Positions 50,710 through 61,056 of a DNA stretch of 64,000 nucleotides are shown piece by piece. Source of the stretch: a bacterium (GTDB lineage: Bacteria > UBA8248). The notes under the pieces were generated by a model, which saw only the letters and a list, made by a program, of their open reading frames with translations, had not been told where the DNA came from and ran no database searches. A program made the translations under genes and the position numbers. Numbering within the stretch: the first letter of the stretch is position 1; every line of letters begins with the position of its first letter. The DNA lies in the NCBI GenBank assembly GCA_965207065.1, contig OZ242260.1:2528001-2592000 (forward strand). The letters run 5' to 3'.

Positions 50710-51260
50710 AAGTATACAATATTGATATGTATTTAATATGAGGATATGGATATAAATAATGTTATTATCGTGAGGATTTGCGTTTTAGTGCATTTTTGCC
50801 GCCGACATGGCTTCTCCTGTACAGGGAACCGCTCTCTCCAGTGCGGTCCGGGCGTGGCCGTCGACAGGCAGGGGCGGGGTGAATTTCGCCCCGGCGCGCA
50901 AAGCAGCGTGCGGTGCCCAGGGAAACCGGCCGGCCGAGGCGGGAGATCGGGACGCTACGCACGCCGGGTCCGCTCCGCGGTGGAACTGCGCAGGGCGCCG
51001 GCATTGCGCCTCGACGACGGACGCGAGGTAATCCTCGAGAATCCCAGGAACGCCGGGACGCTGCGCGCCGCGCAGGTCGAACTTCCGGTACACGACGGGC
51101 GCAACATCCGGATGCCGATCAACGCGATCCCGATCCGCTCAGGCGACGCTGAGGTCAATTCGGTGACGGTCACCATGCAGGACCTGGCGCCGCTCGGGGA
51201 ACTCGAGCGGTTGCGGGCGGAGCACCCCGACATGCTGAGCTGCGAACCGACCGCGGCGAA
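50710..51260 (+). pseudogene. Decayed, internally deleted duplicate of the downstream hybrid kinase gene and its upstream region
   Basis: DGREVILE...VELPVHDGRNIRMPINAIPIRSGDAEVNSVTVTMQDLAPLGELERLRAE matches the kinase PAS/HisKA junction; 50710-50776 aligns ungapped with 51312-51378. Confidence 0.8.
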
Positions 51261-51424
51261 CGGCCGCCAATCCGCCCTGCAACCACGCAAACGACTTCCG
51301 CCATTGCATAGAAGTATACGAAAGTGATATGCAATAAACGTGTTATACTGGTTTTAGATAGTGTATTTATCGTGAGGAAAGGATACGAACGCTTTTTTGT
51401 CCTCATTCCGTGGGGGGTGCGGCG

Positions 51425-53773
51425 TTGAAGGAAACCGACCGGCTGAAGCAGGAAATCAAGGTGCTGCGCGAGCGGATCTCCAAGCTGAGCACCGCAAGCT
51501 TGCGTATCAGCGCCAGCCTCGACCTCGACACCGTGTTCAACGAGATCGCGGAAAGCGCCCGCACGCTGACCGGCGCACGCTACTGCGCCATCGCCACCAT
51601 GGACGAGGCGGGAGAACCCGTGGACTTCGTCACCTCGGGCTTCACCGCCGACGAGCACCGGGCCATGCTGGAGTGGGCCGACGGGCCGCGGCTGTTCGAA
51701 CACCTCCGCGACCTGGAAGGCCCGTACCGGATCGACGACTGGCCGAGTCACGTACGCGCGCTCGGCTTCTCCCCGGACCGGTTGCCGTGGGGAACCTTCC
51801 AGGGCACCCCGATGCGCCACCGGGGCGTCCACGTCGGCAACTTCTACCTGGCCGAGAAGGAAGGCGGCGAGCCGTTCACCGATGAGGACGAGGAGGTCCT
51901 GGTGCTGTTCGCGTCGCAGGCGGCGGCGGCCATCGCGCATGCGCGCGCCTTTGAGGAGGAGCGTCACGCGCGGGCGGGTCTGGAGGCGCTGGTGGAGACC
52001 TCGCCGGTGGGGGTGGCCGTGTTCGACGCGCAAACCGGGCGCCCGACCTCCATGAACCGCGAGGCGCGCCGGATCGTCGAGGACCTCCGCCTGCCGGGTC
52101 GTCCGGTATTGGAGTCGCTCGAGGTGCTGACCTGCCGGTTCGTCGACGGTCGCGAAATCGCGCTCGAGGAGTTTCCGCTCGCGAGCTTGATGGGCAGAGC
52201 CGAGACGGTGCGGGCCGAGGAGATCGAGCTTTCAATACCCGACGGACGGAGCGTGCGGGTGCTGGTGAACGCGACCCCGATCCGCTCGGAAGAGGACGCG
52301 GTCTCCTCGGTGGTGGTGACCATGCAGGACCTCAAGCCGCTCGATGATCTCGAACGGCTGCGGGCGGAGTTCCTGGGGATGGTGAGCCACGAACTGCGCG
52401 CGCCGCTGACTGCCATCAAGGGTTCCGCCAGCACCGTGCTGGACGCCCCGCTGGTCCCGAACCCTGCCGAGATGCTCCAGTTCTTCCGCATCATCAACGT
52501 GCAGGCCGACCACATGCGGGACCTGATCAGCAACCTGCTCGACGCGGGGCGCATCGACGCGGGCACGCTGTCGGTCTCACCGGAGCTTTCGGAGGTGACA
52601 GCGCTCGTGGACCGGGCGAGGAACACGTTCCTGAGCAGCGGCGGACGGCACACCGTGCTCATCGACCTGCCGCCGGACCTGCCCCGGGTGATGGCGGACC
52701 GCCAGCGCATTGTGCAGGTCCTGAACAACCTCCTCTCGAACGCGGCGAGGAACTCGCCGGAATCCTCTCCCATCCGGATCGCCGCGGCCCGCGAGGAGGC
52801 GCACGTCGCGATCTCGGTCACCGACGAGGGCCGGGGCGTGGCGCCCGAGGTACTGCCCCGCCTGTTCGAGAAGCGCACCGGCATCGACGGTAAAGGCGGT
52901 TACGCCGGGATCGGCCTGGGTCTCGCCATCTGCAAGGGCCTGGTGGAGGCGCACGGGGGCCGGATCCGGGCGGAGAGCGATGGGCCGGGCCAGGGGACCT
53001 GCTTCACCTTCACCATCGCGGTGGCCGGGGAGAAGGGCGAGAGCGCTGAGGACGGCAGCCCGGGCCCGCCCAGGGAAACGCGCACGCCGGCGCGCATCCT
53101 CGTGGTGGACGACGACCCGCAGACGCTGCGCTTCGTTCGCGACGCGCTGGGGGTTGCGGGCTACGCCACGATCGTCACGGGCGAGGCGGGGGAGCTGTCC
53201 CGGCTCATCCGGGTCGAGAAGCCCCGCCTGGTCCTGCTCGACCTGGTGCTGCCCGAGACCGACGGGATCGAGCTGATGGAAACCGTGCCCGAGCTCGCCG
53301 AGTTGCCGGTGATCTTCATTTCGGGCTACGGACGGGACGAAACCATCGCCAGGGCGCTTGAGATCGGAGCCGTGGACTACATCGTCAAGCCCTTCTCGGC
53401 GACCGAGCTGACCGCGCGTGTCGGAGCGGCGCTGCGCCGCAGCGCCGAGCCCGAACCCTTCCTCCTCGGAGATATGGCCATCCACTACGAGCAGCGCCTG
53501 GTGACGATGGCCGGGCGCCGGGTGGAACTGACTGCGACCGAATACGAACTCCTGCGCCTGCTCTCGATGAACGCGGGACGGGTGGTGACGAACGAATCGC
53601 TGCTGCGCCGGGTGTGGGGCAACCACGACTCGAACGACGCGAAGCCGGTGCGCACGTTCGTGAAGCAGCTGCGCCGCAAGCTCGGCGACGACGCGTCCCG
53701 GCCCGCCTACATCCTGACCGAGCGCGGGGTCGGCTACCGGATGGTCCGGCCCGGCGAGCCACCCACGCCCTGA
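51425..53773 (+). CDS. Soluble hybrid sensor-regulator: GAF-PAS-HisKA-HATPase-receiver-OmpR/KdpE-type winged helix (start 51410 or 51425)
   Basis: VSHELRAPL (H-box), LLSNA, DEGRG, GIGLGL, ILVVDDD...LVLLD...KPF, LTATEYELL...ILTERGVGYR; no TM segment seen. Confidence 0.9.
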   Translation: MKETDRLKQEIKVLRERISKLSTASLRISASLDLDTVFNEIAESARTLTGARYCAIATMDEAGEPVDFVTSGFTADEHRAMLEWADGPRLFEHLRDLEGPYRIDDWPSHVRALGFSPDRLPWGTFQGTPMRHRGVHVGNFYLAEKEGGEPFTDEDEEVLVLFASQAAAAIAHARAFEEERHARAGLEALVETSPVGVAVFDAQTGRPTSMNREARRIVEDLRLPGRPVLESLEVLTCRFVDGREIALEEFPLASLMGRAETVRAEEIELSIPDGRSVRVLVNATPIRSEEDAVSSVVVTMQDLKPLDDLERLRAEFLGMVSHELRAPLTAIKGSASTVLDAPLVPNPAEMLQFFRIINVQADHMRDLISNLLDAGRIDAGTLSVSPELSEVTALVDRARNTFLSSGGRHTVLIDLPPDLPRVMADRQRIVQVLNNLLSNAARNSPESSPIRIAAAREEAHVAISVTDEGRGVAPEVLPRLFEKRTGIDGKGGYAGIGLGLAICKGLVEAHGGRIRAESDGPGQGTCFTFTIAVAGEKGESAEDGSPGPPRETRTPARILVVDDDPQTLRFVRDALGVAGYATIVTGEAGELSRLIRVEKPRLVLLDLVLPETDGIELMETVPELAELPVIFISGYGRDETIARALEIGAVDYIVKPFSATELTARVGAALRRSAEPEPFLLGDMAIHYEQRLVTMAGRRVELTATEYELLRLLSMNAGRVVTNESLLRRVWGNHDSNDAKPVRTFVKQLRRKLGDDASRPAYILTERGVGYRMVRPGEPPTP

Positions 53774-54114
53774 CGGCCGGTTCAGCCGCCGTCCCCTCGC
53801 AGGCCTGCCGCCGCGAGAAAGAACGCGGATAGAGAATCACATCCACGTAAACCGCCCGTTTATGGACACCAGGACTTTTCCCATGGTTTTGAGATCTTTG
53901 TAGTTCATTGAAATTACAATGAATGCCCGTTTTTAGGTTCTCGTACAGATTTTGCTTGCTGCAACCTGTTGTCAATACGAAAACGGACCAGTTCAAACTC
54001 TTGCGCGTAACGGCGGGTTACTGGCGGGTAAAGGTTCGCTTACGAGTAAATCGCAGCAAGTGGTCCATTCTCTATTTTTTGGGATTTTTTCAACGACCAC
54101 GGAGAAGAATGGTT

Positions 54115-54141
54115 TGATCCTCAGGCGGCGGCGCCGCTCGC
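54115..54141 (+). repeat. 27-bp direct repeat, copy 2
   Basis: Identical to 46125-46151. Confidence 0.9.
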
Positions 54142-54418
54142 TGCGGTCTTCGGCGCCTGCTCGCGGAAGGGCGTGAAGCGACGGATTACCGGGGAAGCGA
54201 ACGTGAGAGAGAGGTTGTTCGATGGAAAGACCCGCAATAGCCCGAAACCGGGATATTCAACAGCCCCCGAAGCGGTGTCCGGCGTCTTTCGCCGGCGCCC
54301 TTTTTTGTTTATTGTAGCCGATGGCGGCGTGCCGGGACCTTCGTTTCAGAACCATTTGGCGCGGCAGGCGCGTCGCAACCGCCTCTTCATGTATCCCTTA
54401 TTCCGAGGATGATGGAAA

Positions 54419-55612
54419 ATGAAAGTGACTCGAAGTTTTATGGCGATCGCGTTCCTGGGGGCGGCGACGCTCCTCACCGGCTCGGCCCTGGCGGCCGGTG
54501 AAATCACCATCGGCGGGTCCATCTCCCATACGGGCCGTTACGCGGAGCCGGCTGGCCGGTTCGTCAACGCCTATCGTCTGTTCGCCGAGCGGCAAAACGC
54601 GAGAGGCGGCCTGCTGGGCAGGAAGGTGAACCTGGTTCTCCTGGACGACAAATCGGACAAGCAGACCAGCATCAAGCTCTATGAGAGGCTCATCACGCAG
54701 GAGAAGATCGATTTCACGCTCGGTCCCTACTCCAGCGGCATCACCGACGCGGTGGCCAACCTCTTTGAAAGGCACGAATACCCCACGCTGGCGCCGGGCG
54801 CTTCCTCGAGAGGGCTGTGGGAGAAGGGGAGGAAATACCTTTTCAACCAAAACGCCGTAGCCCAGAAAAACCACAAGGGCGCACTGCACATCGCCAGGGA
54901 CATCGGGGTGAAGCGAATCGCCATCATCGGCGAGGACAGCCTCTTTCCCCGGCAGTCGGCGGAGGGCGCCGTGGAGTGGGCGAAGGAACTCGGCCTCCAG
55001 GTGGTGCTGAACGAGAACTATCCGCGCAAGCAGACCGACTTCACCGCGCTGCTGCAGAAAATCAAGGCGCGCCGGGCGGAGGCGCTTTTCTCGAACAGCT
55101 ACTTCGCGGACGCCGCCGCGCAGATCCGCCAGCTCAGGGAGCTCAACATCAACCTTGAGATTTTCGCCGGAACCATCGGCCCCGGCCTCCCTGAATTCGC
55201 CAGGCAACTCGGCGCCACGGCAGAGTACGTTCTGGGCTTCAGCCAGTGGGAGCCGCAACCCGGCGCCCTGAAGTTTCCGGGTATGAGAGAACTCATCGCC
55301 TCCTATGAGAAGCGCTACGGGGTGAAGCCCAGCGATCATGTCGCCATGGCCTACGGGGCGATTGAGGTGGTGAGTCAGGCGATTCTGAAAGCAGGGTCCC
55401 ATGACCGCGAAAAAGTCTGGAAGACGCTGCGCGCCTCGGCGTTCCAGACCGTGATGGGAAGATGGAAGGTGGATGAGAACAACCTCAATGATCGCGACGG
55501 CCTGACGTTCCAGATTCTCGACGGCAGGCGCAGAATCGTCTGGCCGAAAGAACTCGCGGAAGTTCCCTACAAGCTGCCGATGCCCGGATGGAAGGAGAGA
55601 GACAAACGCTGA
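54419..55612 (+). CDS. Branched-chain amino acid-type (LivK-like) ABC substrate-binding protein, no permease nearby
   Basis: Signal peptide; NARGGLLGRKV, DDKSD, LGPYSS, DFTALLQKIK. Confidence 0.9.
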   Translation: MKVTRSFMAIAFLGAATLLTGSALAAGEITIGGSISHTGRYAEPAGRFVNAYRLFAERQNARGGLLGRKVNLVLLDDKSDKQTSIKLYERLITQEKIDFTLGPYSSGITDAVANLFERHEYPTLAPGASSRGLWEKGRKYLFNQNAVAQKNHKGALHIARDIGVKRIAIIGEDSLFPRQSAEGAVEWAKELGLQVVLNENYPRKQTDFTALLQKIKARRAEALFSNSYFADAAAQIRQLRELNINLEIFAGTIGPGLPEFARQLGATAEYVLGFSQWEPQPGALKFPGMRELIASYEKRYGVKPSDHVAMAYGAIEVVSQAILKAGSHDREKVWKTLRASAFQTVMGRWKVDENNLNDRDGLTFQILDGRRRIVWPKELAEVPYKLPMPGWKERDKR

Positions 55613-56291
55613 AGATGATTTTCCGGGACGCTTCGCGACTCGTTGACCACGCGGGCGGAAGCCTTCGTTTCGTCCTGCCGGGAAAAATTCGAGAGGAGGC
55701 TTTGCGCCTGATGACCATCCACGGGATCGGTGCTGGTCGTCTGCACGGCCGGCGCGTGGATAAGGCCGGGAGGATGTGAGCAGGACGGAGGACAGGTAAG
55801 GGCAACCGATGGGGATGCGCAGGAATGCGCAACAGATGCAATTCGTCCGCTTCCGGTTTGATTGCGTATTCCAGATAAGCAAATCCTCAACCAAGCTCGA
55901 TAAAATTAATACTTGCAATAAATTCAATTAACTACAAAGAATTCACTGCCGTCGGACAATACGAAATGTCTGTAAACATGCGAAATAGGCGTAAATTCAT
56001 TAGATTTATCTTGTTTTATCGAATTATTTAAAACTTCATTTCACGGACAGACCCCCTCAGTTCCACCATCATACGTACATTCTCCCTTCTTCCACTATCG
56101 TAATTGCGAGGGAATGATATGGATGCACTTTTGTCTGGAAGATTCCAAATCAAGACCGTTTCATATTAACATCGGCCCGACAACCGGAATTCCATGTCGA
56201 TGATGGCGGCTCGACGCGTTGGAGGCGGGAGATGCCGCCGTCCGCAAGAACGCCTGGCGCGCTGGTCTGCGGCGGGAAAGGGAGATTGGAA

Positions 56292-57224
56292 GTGGCGAAT
56301 GGTTCTGGTGCGGAACTCATCACCCTCGCAGAAGGCGTTCACGCGTTCATCGGCGAGGGTGGAGACTCGAACGCGGGCGCGTTCTCGACGCCCCAGGGCT
56401 GGATAGTCCTCGACGCGCAGCAGCACGTCCCCCTCGCGGAGAAGTTCCGCGCTGATCTCGAGGGGACGGGCGAGCGCTCTTTTGTCTGCCTCGCGCTGAC
56501 GCATTACCATCTCGACCACACGGCGGGCGGCCCGGTGTTTGCCGCAAACGCTCCCGTACTGGCGCACGAGATCACGCTGGATAAATTCCGCGAGGTCCTG
56601 GGCGCAGGCGTGAAACGGGGAGATTCCTTCACCGACTTCGAAACGAAGGTCGCTTGCATGTTCGGGCCCAACATCGCCGAACTCATTCCCGCCGGAGATT
56701 CCGCCTGGGAGTGGTTCCGGGGCCGGCTCGGCGGGCCGGAGTACACGGCCTACGTCGCCGCTCCGCCGACCGTAACCTTCGCAGATACGTTCACCTTCCA
56801 TCTGGCGCGGCGCTCCATCGTCCTGGAGTACGCGGGTCCCGCCCACTGCGACGGGGACGTCATCGCCTATCTCCCCGAAGACGGGATCGTGTTCGTGGGC
56901 GACCTGCTGTTCGTCGGCCGCTTCCCGTGGCTTGGGGACGGCGACGTGGACGGGTGGATAGCGGCGCTCAACCACGTCTGCGCGCTGAGCGTGGAGCAGG
57001 TGATTCCGGGCCACGGAAAGCCCGTGGGCCTGAAGGAGGTTGCGGATTTCCGCGACATGCTCGCCGCTCTTCAGGAAGGCGTATCGGACGCGTTCGGGGC
57101 GGGCATGAGCGAGGACGAGGCGGTCGCCCGCGTACGGCTCGCTGATTACGAGCATCTGCCCCGCTACCCGGAGTGGATGCCCTGGAACGTGAGGAACGTC
57201 TACCGGGCGTTGAGCGCCCGATGA
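56292..57224 (+). CDS. Metallo-beta-lactamase fold hydrolase (cyclase-like); start uncertain
   Basis: THYHLDH, AHCDGD, FVGDL, IPGHG. Confidence 0.88.
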   Translation: MANGSGAELITLAEGVHAFIGEGGDSNAGAFSTPQGWIVLDAQQHVPLAEKFRADLEGTGERSFVCLALTHYHLDHTAGGPVFAANAPVLAHEITLDKFREVLGAGVKRGDSFTDFETKVACMFGPNIAELIPAGDSAWEWFRGRLGGPEYTAYVAAPPTVTFADTFTFHLARRSIVLEYAGPAHCDGDVIAYLPEDGIVFVGDLLFVGRFPWLGDGDVDGWIAALNHVCALSVEQVIPGHGKPVGLKEVADFRDMLAALQEGVSDAFGAGMSEDEAVARVRLADYEHLPRYPEWMPWNVRNVYRALSAR

Positions 57225-58225
57225 GAATCGACGCCCACGCGCATTTCTACCCGGAGCGCTTTCTCGATCTCATCGAAGGACAGGGCGAGGGACACGCCAT
57301 CTCGATCAGGCGGGAGGACGCGGGCGGAGAGCGCAAGCTCATCGTGGCGGGGCGTGAGTTCTTCACCTTCTCCCCCGATTTTTTCGACCTCGACGTCCGC
57401 CTGGAGCAGGTGGCCGCCTCGGGAGTGGACATGCAGGTCATCTCCCTCGGCCCGCCGATGGTCTATTGGGCCGAACCGGAACTGGGCGCGGAACTTTGCC
57501 GCGCGTTCAACGACGAGATGGCCCATATCGTCCGGCGGCATCCGGACAAGTTCGTCGCCTTGGCCGCCGTACCGCTTCAGGACGTAGACGCCGCGATTCT
57601 GGAGCTTGAGCGCGCCGCGCGCGATCTGGAAGTTCGGGGCGCGATGATTCCCACCGTCGTCGGGACCAAAGACCTCGATTCGCCCGAATTCGAGCCCTTC
57701 TACGAAGCGGCGGCGAGGATGGACCTTCCGCTCTTCATGCACCCCATGCCGCGCCCCGGACCCGAGGGCCTGCGCATGCGTGACTATCGTCTCGACGTCA
57801 CGGTGGGCTTCGTGATGGACACCACCCTGGCGGCCGCGCGACTCGTGCTGAGTGGCATCCTTCCGAAGCTGCCGGGGCTTCGCGTGATGCTCTCCCACCT
57901 GGGCGGAACGATTCCCTTCCTCTGGGGCCGGTTGAGCGAGGGTTTCCGGATGTTCGCGGGCGACTGGGAGTGGGGGGAACCGAGGGATTACTTCGCGCGG
58001 TTTCATATCGACGCCATCAGCTATCGCCCCGATCCACTGGAGTACGCCGCAGGGATAATGGGTGCGGAGAAGATTCTCTACGGCAGCGACGACCCGTTTT
58101 TCGGCGCGGAGAACATGCGCCAGAGCGCAGAGACGATTCTCGCCTGCCCGAACTTCGACGAGAAAACGAGGGATCTGATTTTCGAGAAAAACGCCGCGCG
58201 CCTGTTCCGGATCGACTCGGAATAG
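57221..58225 (+). CDS. Amidohydrolase 2 family protein, ACMSD/decarboxylase-like
   Basis: IDAHAH, AAVPLQD, LFMHP, SHLGGTIP, LYGSD. Confidence 0.88.
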   Translation: MRIDAHAHFYPERFLDLIEGQGEGHAISIRREDAGGERKLIVAGREFFTFSPDFFDLDVRLEQVAASGVDMQVISLGPPMVYWAEPELGAELCRAFNDEMAHIVRRHPDKFVALAAVPLQDVDAAILELERAARDLEVRGAMIPTVVGTKDLDSPEFEPFYEAAARMDLPLFMHPMPRPGPEGLRMRDYRLDVTVGFVMDTTLAAARLVLSGILPKLPGLRVMLSHLGGTIPFLWGRLSEGFRMFAGDWEWGEPRDYFARFHIDAISYRPDPLEYAAGIMGAEKILYGSDDPFFGAENMRQSAETILACPNFDEKTRDLIFEKNAARLFRIDSE

Positions 58226-58299
58226 CCCGTACGGTTTATCATCGTAGAGACGTCATTCGATTCGCATCCATGCGGGGAATATAGACAGAGGAGCAGGAA

Positions 58300-59454
58300 A
58301 TGGCGAAATACGGACCGTTCGGACTGAACAAGGGCTTCAGGTCGGTAGCGCGAATCGACGACATGCCGGGCGCGGGCCAGGTAGTCGTGGAGGGGAACTA
58401 CGCTTATCTTTCCCACATGCGCCCGCCCGATGGTACGACCATCCTGGACATTTCGGACCGCAGGAATCCCAGGGTCGTCTGTCGTCTGGAAGTCCCGCCC
58501 AACATCCATTCGCACAAGGTCCGCGTGGACGGGGATCTCATGCTGGTGAACTACGAGAAATTCCGCTTCTACGAGGGTCCGGAAACGCCCCGGGGCGGCC
58601 TCAAGATATTCGACATATCTGACAGGGCGAACCCCAGAGAGATAGCGTTCGTGGAAGCCGGGGAATGGGGCTACCACCGCTTTACCTACGATGGGCGTTA
58701 TTGTTACGGCTCTCCCGCCCCTGAGGGTTATGTGGGCAATATCCTGGGCATTCTGGATTTGAAGGACCCCGAAAAACCCGAATACACCGCGCTTTGGTGG
58801 GTGCCCGGCCAATGGGTGGGCGGTGGAGAAGAACCCCTGCCCGAAGGAAGGCGCGTGCGCTGCCACCACCCGTTCCGGCTGGGGAACCGCCTCTACAGCG
58901 GCTGGTGGCATCACGGTTGGTACATCCACGACGTCTCGGACCTCTCAAAGCCCGAACCCATCGTCCACGTCGACTGGAGTCCGCCCTTCCCCTGCCCCAC
59001 ACACACGGCGATGCCCCTGCCCTATACGATCAAGGGACGGAAAATTCTTATCGTGAACGACGAGGAAGTTTCCGACAGGCTCGCGCCGACGCCCAACGCC
59101 TTCTTATGGATCGTCGACGCTACCGAGGAGACCAACCCCGTCCCCATCGCCACCTACCGCGCGCGCAAGGACGACGAACCCTACGATCCGAAGTTCTGGT
59201 ATGGGTGCCACCAGCCCCAGGAGCAGATATACGGGGAGCAGACCCGCTTCGCCGTGGCCTGGTTCGGGGGCGGCCTGCGCATGATCGACATCTCGGACCC
59301 CTGGAGCGTGGAGGAACTCGGTTACTACATCCCCGAACCGGGCAAGGGATACGAGGCCACCCAGACGAACGACGTTTTCCAGGACGTCGACGGCCTCTAC
59401 TATATCGTCGACAGAAACGGTGGGTTCGACATTCTCGAGTGGATCGGGAGCTAG
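58300..59454 (+). CDS. LVIVD-repeat (beta-propeller) protein
   Basis: Repeated I.DISD..NP, LDLKDP.KP and IDISDP units; His-rich motifs HSH, CHH, THT. Confidence 0.8.
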   Translation: MAKYGPFGLNKGFRSVARIDDMPGAGQVVVEGNYAYLSHMRPPDGTTILDISDRRNPRVVCRLEVPPNIHSHKVRVDGDLMLVNYEKFRFYEGPETPRGGLKIFDISDRANPREIAFVEAGEWGYHRFTYDGRYCYGSPAPEGYVGNILGILDLKDPEKPEYTALWWVPGQWVGGGEEPLPEGRRVRCHHPFRLGNRLYSGWWHHGWYIHDVSDLSKPEPIVHVDWSPPFPCPTHTAMPLPYTIKGRKILIVNDEEVSDRLAPTPNAFLWIVDATEETNPVPIATYRARKDDEPYDPKFWYGCHQPQEQIYGEQTRFAVAWFGGGLRMIDISDPWSVEELGYYIPEPGKGYEATQTNDVFQDVDGLYYIVDRNGGFDILEWIGS

Positions 59455-60125
59455 TCGATAATCGCCACGATCCGACACGGCGCGGCTGTGGCCCCTTTGA
59501 TGGCGAGGGGTGCGGCGATCATCCGGATACGGCGGGGCAATTCGACCACGGCGGGCCAGAGCGCCAGGTTTTCGATAATATAGAACTCGTTTTCCCGGAG
59601 CATCTTATGCGCGGGCCATCCGATCGGGTCGGTGTCGATTTCCGGCGCATCCACTCCGAAAAGCCGCACGCCGCGTTCGAGCAGCCAGCTCACCGCCGCC
59701 GGGGCGAGCGGCCTGACGCCGTGGCGATAGTCCGGCCGCCCCCATTTCTTCGAACAACCCGTGTAGATCAAAACAGCGTCACCGGGATTCACCGCCTCGT
59801 CTGAGGATTCGGTGTCTTCTTCAAGTTCTTCTGCTCCGATTTCCTCTCCCGGCTTCCGGCTAGAACAATCGAGCCAGACAGCTTCTGTTTCCAGAAAAAG
59901 CTCAGGCGGCATTTCGTCTATCGTCTTGCCATCAGGGTGAAAATGAGCGGGCGCGTCGATGTGAGTCGCCACATGGTCGCTGAAGGCAAGCATCGACGTC
60001 TGGACGAGCTTCGTCTCCGACAGCAGACTCCAGCCGAGCACCGCCCCTCTCCCGAAAGTCTCCGCTTGGGCGAAGGTGGGTTCCTTCGGGATGCTTTGGG
60101 ACAGATCGACGAGTCGGCGCGTCAC
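59451..60125 (-). CDS. Cyclase family (KynB/kynurenine formamidase-like) metallohydrolase
   Basis: LVDLSQ, HVATHIDAPAH, GVD, IIENL, AAPCR. Confidence 0.88.
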   Translation of the reverse strand: MTRRLVDLSQSIPKEPTFAQAETFGRGAVLGWSLLSETKLVQTSMLAFSDHVATHIDAPAHFHPDGKTIDEMPPELFLETEAVWLDCSSRKPGEEIGAEELEEDTESSDEAVNPGDAVLIYTGCSKKWGRPDYRHGVRPLAPAAVSWLLERGVRLFGVDAPEIDTDPIGWPAHKMLRENEFYIIENLALWPAVVELPRRIRMIAAPLAIKGATAAPCRIVAIID

Positions 60126-60134
60126 GGCGTCTCC

Positions 60135-60875
60135 TTAGTCCAGAATCGCCATGGCGCGAATCGGCGAGCAGGGCCCATCCGCCCACTTGAGAGGGAAACC
60201 GGCGAAGCGAAACCTGCTCTGCGAAATGAGACTTAAATTTCTCAGGTTTTCCATGTGCATGGAGTAGCGCTTGCGCATGTTGAGGTGCGGGAGGTCGTAG
60301 CCGGGAATCACGTCCACCGTGATTTGGTCCATCCCGAAGAGTTTGACGCCCCGATCGATCATCCAGTCCACCGCCTCGACCCGAAAGGGAACGAAATGGA
60401 AATGATATTCCTTGTGTGGCCATTGCCGCTCGGCCCCGGTGCGTATCAAGACGATATCGTCGGCGCGAAGCTCCTCGCCTGCCCGCTCCAGGGCCTCCTC
60501 GATGGCTTCGGGGGTTATCCAGTCCGTTTCGAGTATTTTCTTCTCATACGGATTGTACCGGATGGGTGTGAGGTGGGTGAGGTCGAGAATCACCGCCTCG
60601 CCGTAGAACCGCTCGAGATCGACCTCCGCAATCCGCTCCCCCAGAGGGTTGAAGTGATAGGTCGCATCCACGTGGGTGCCGCCGTTGTCGCTCATGACGA
60701 CAAAGCAGGTTCGGAACAACTCCTCTTCACGCCCGTGGGTCCGCAAAAAGGCGGTGGTCTCGTAATCCTCCCAGTCAGAGACGATGGTTTTGGCGAGGCC
60801 GAAGCCACCGCCCATTTCCACCCAGGCGGGAATGCCCGTATCAATCGGATGGGAAAGATCTATGAATTCCGGCAA
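60135..60875 (-). CDS. Cyclase family (KynB-like) protein with a variant metal motif
   Basis: IDLSHP, NGGTHVDATYH, GMD, MENL, GFPLK..GPCSPIRA. Confidence 0.85.
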   Translation of the reverse strand: MPEFIDLSHPIDTGIPAWVEMGGGFGLAKTIVSDWEDYETTAFLRTHGREEELFRTCFVVMSDNGGTHVDATYHFNPLGERIAEVDLERFYGEAVILDLTHLTPIRYNPYEKKILETDWITPEAIEEALERAGEELRADDIVLIRTGAERQWPHKEYHFHFVPFRVEAVDWMIDRGVKLFGMDQITVDVIPGYDLPHLNMRKRYSMHMENLRNLSLISQSRFRFAGFPLKWADGPCSPIRAMAILD

Positions 60876-61056
60876 TTATTACTCCACCTGTAAATATCCG
60901 TCCCGCTAACCATGCGAACCGGCTGTTTTGACCATCCGTGGTTCGTATGGCGAGTAATTGTTGAAATGTTACATCGGTAGTATAATCTTTATCATTACCA
61001 AATAGCCAAAGAGCAGATTTTGTAGGCCTAAGCGGAATCCATGAGGAATCGCGCCT

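Noticed and set aside
46125-54141. Prophage or integrative element with att sites
   Set aside because: No integrase, phage gene or tRNA target; kept only as an unexplained direct repeat
54398-55927. 509-aa minus-strand ORF
   Set aside because: Antisense to a clear substrate-binding protein gene
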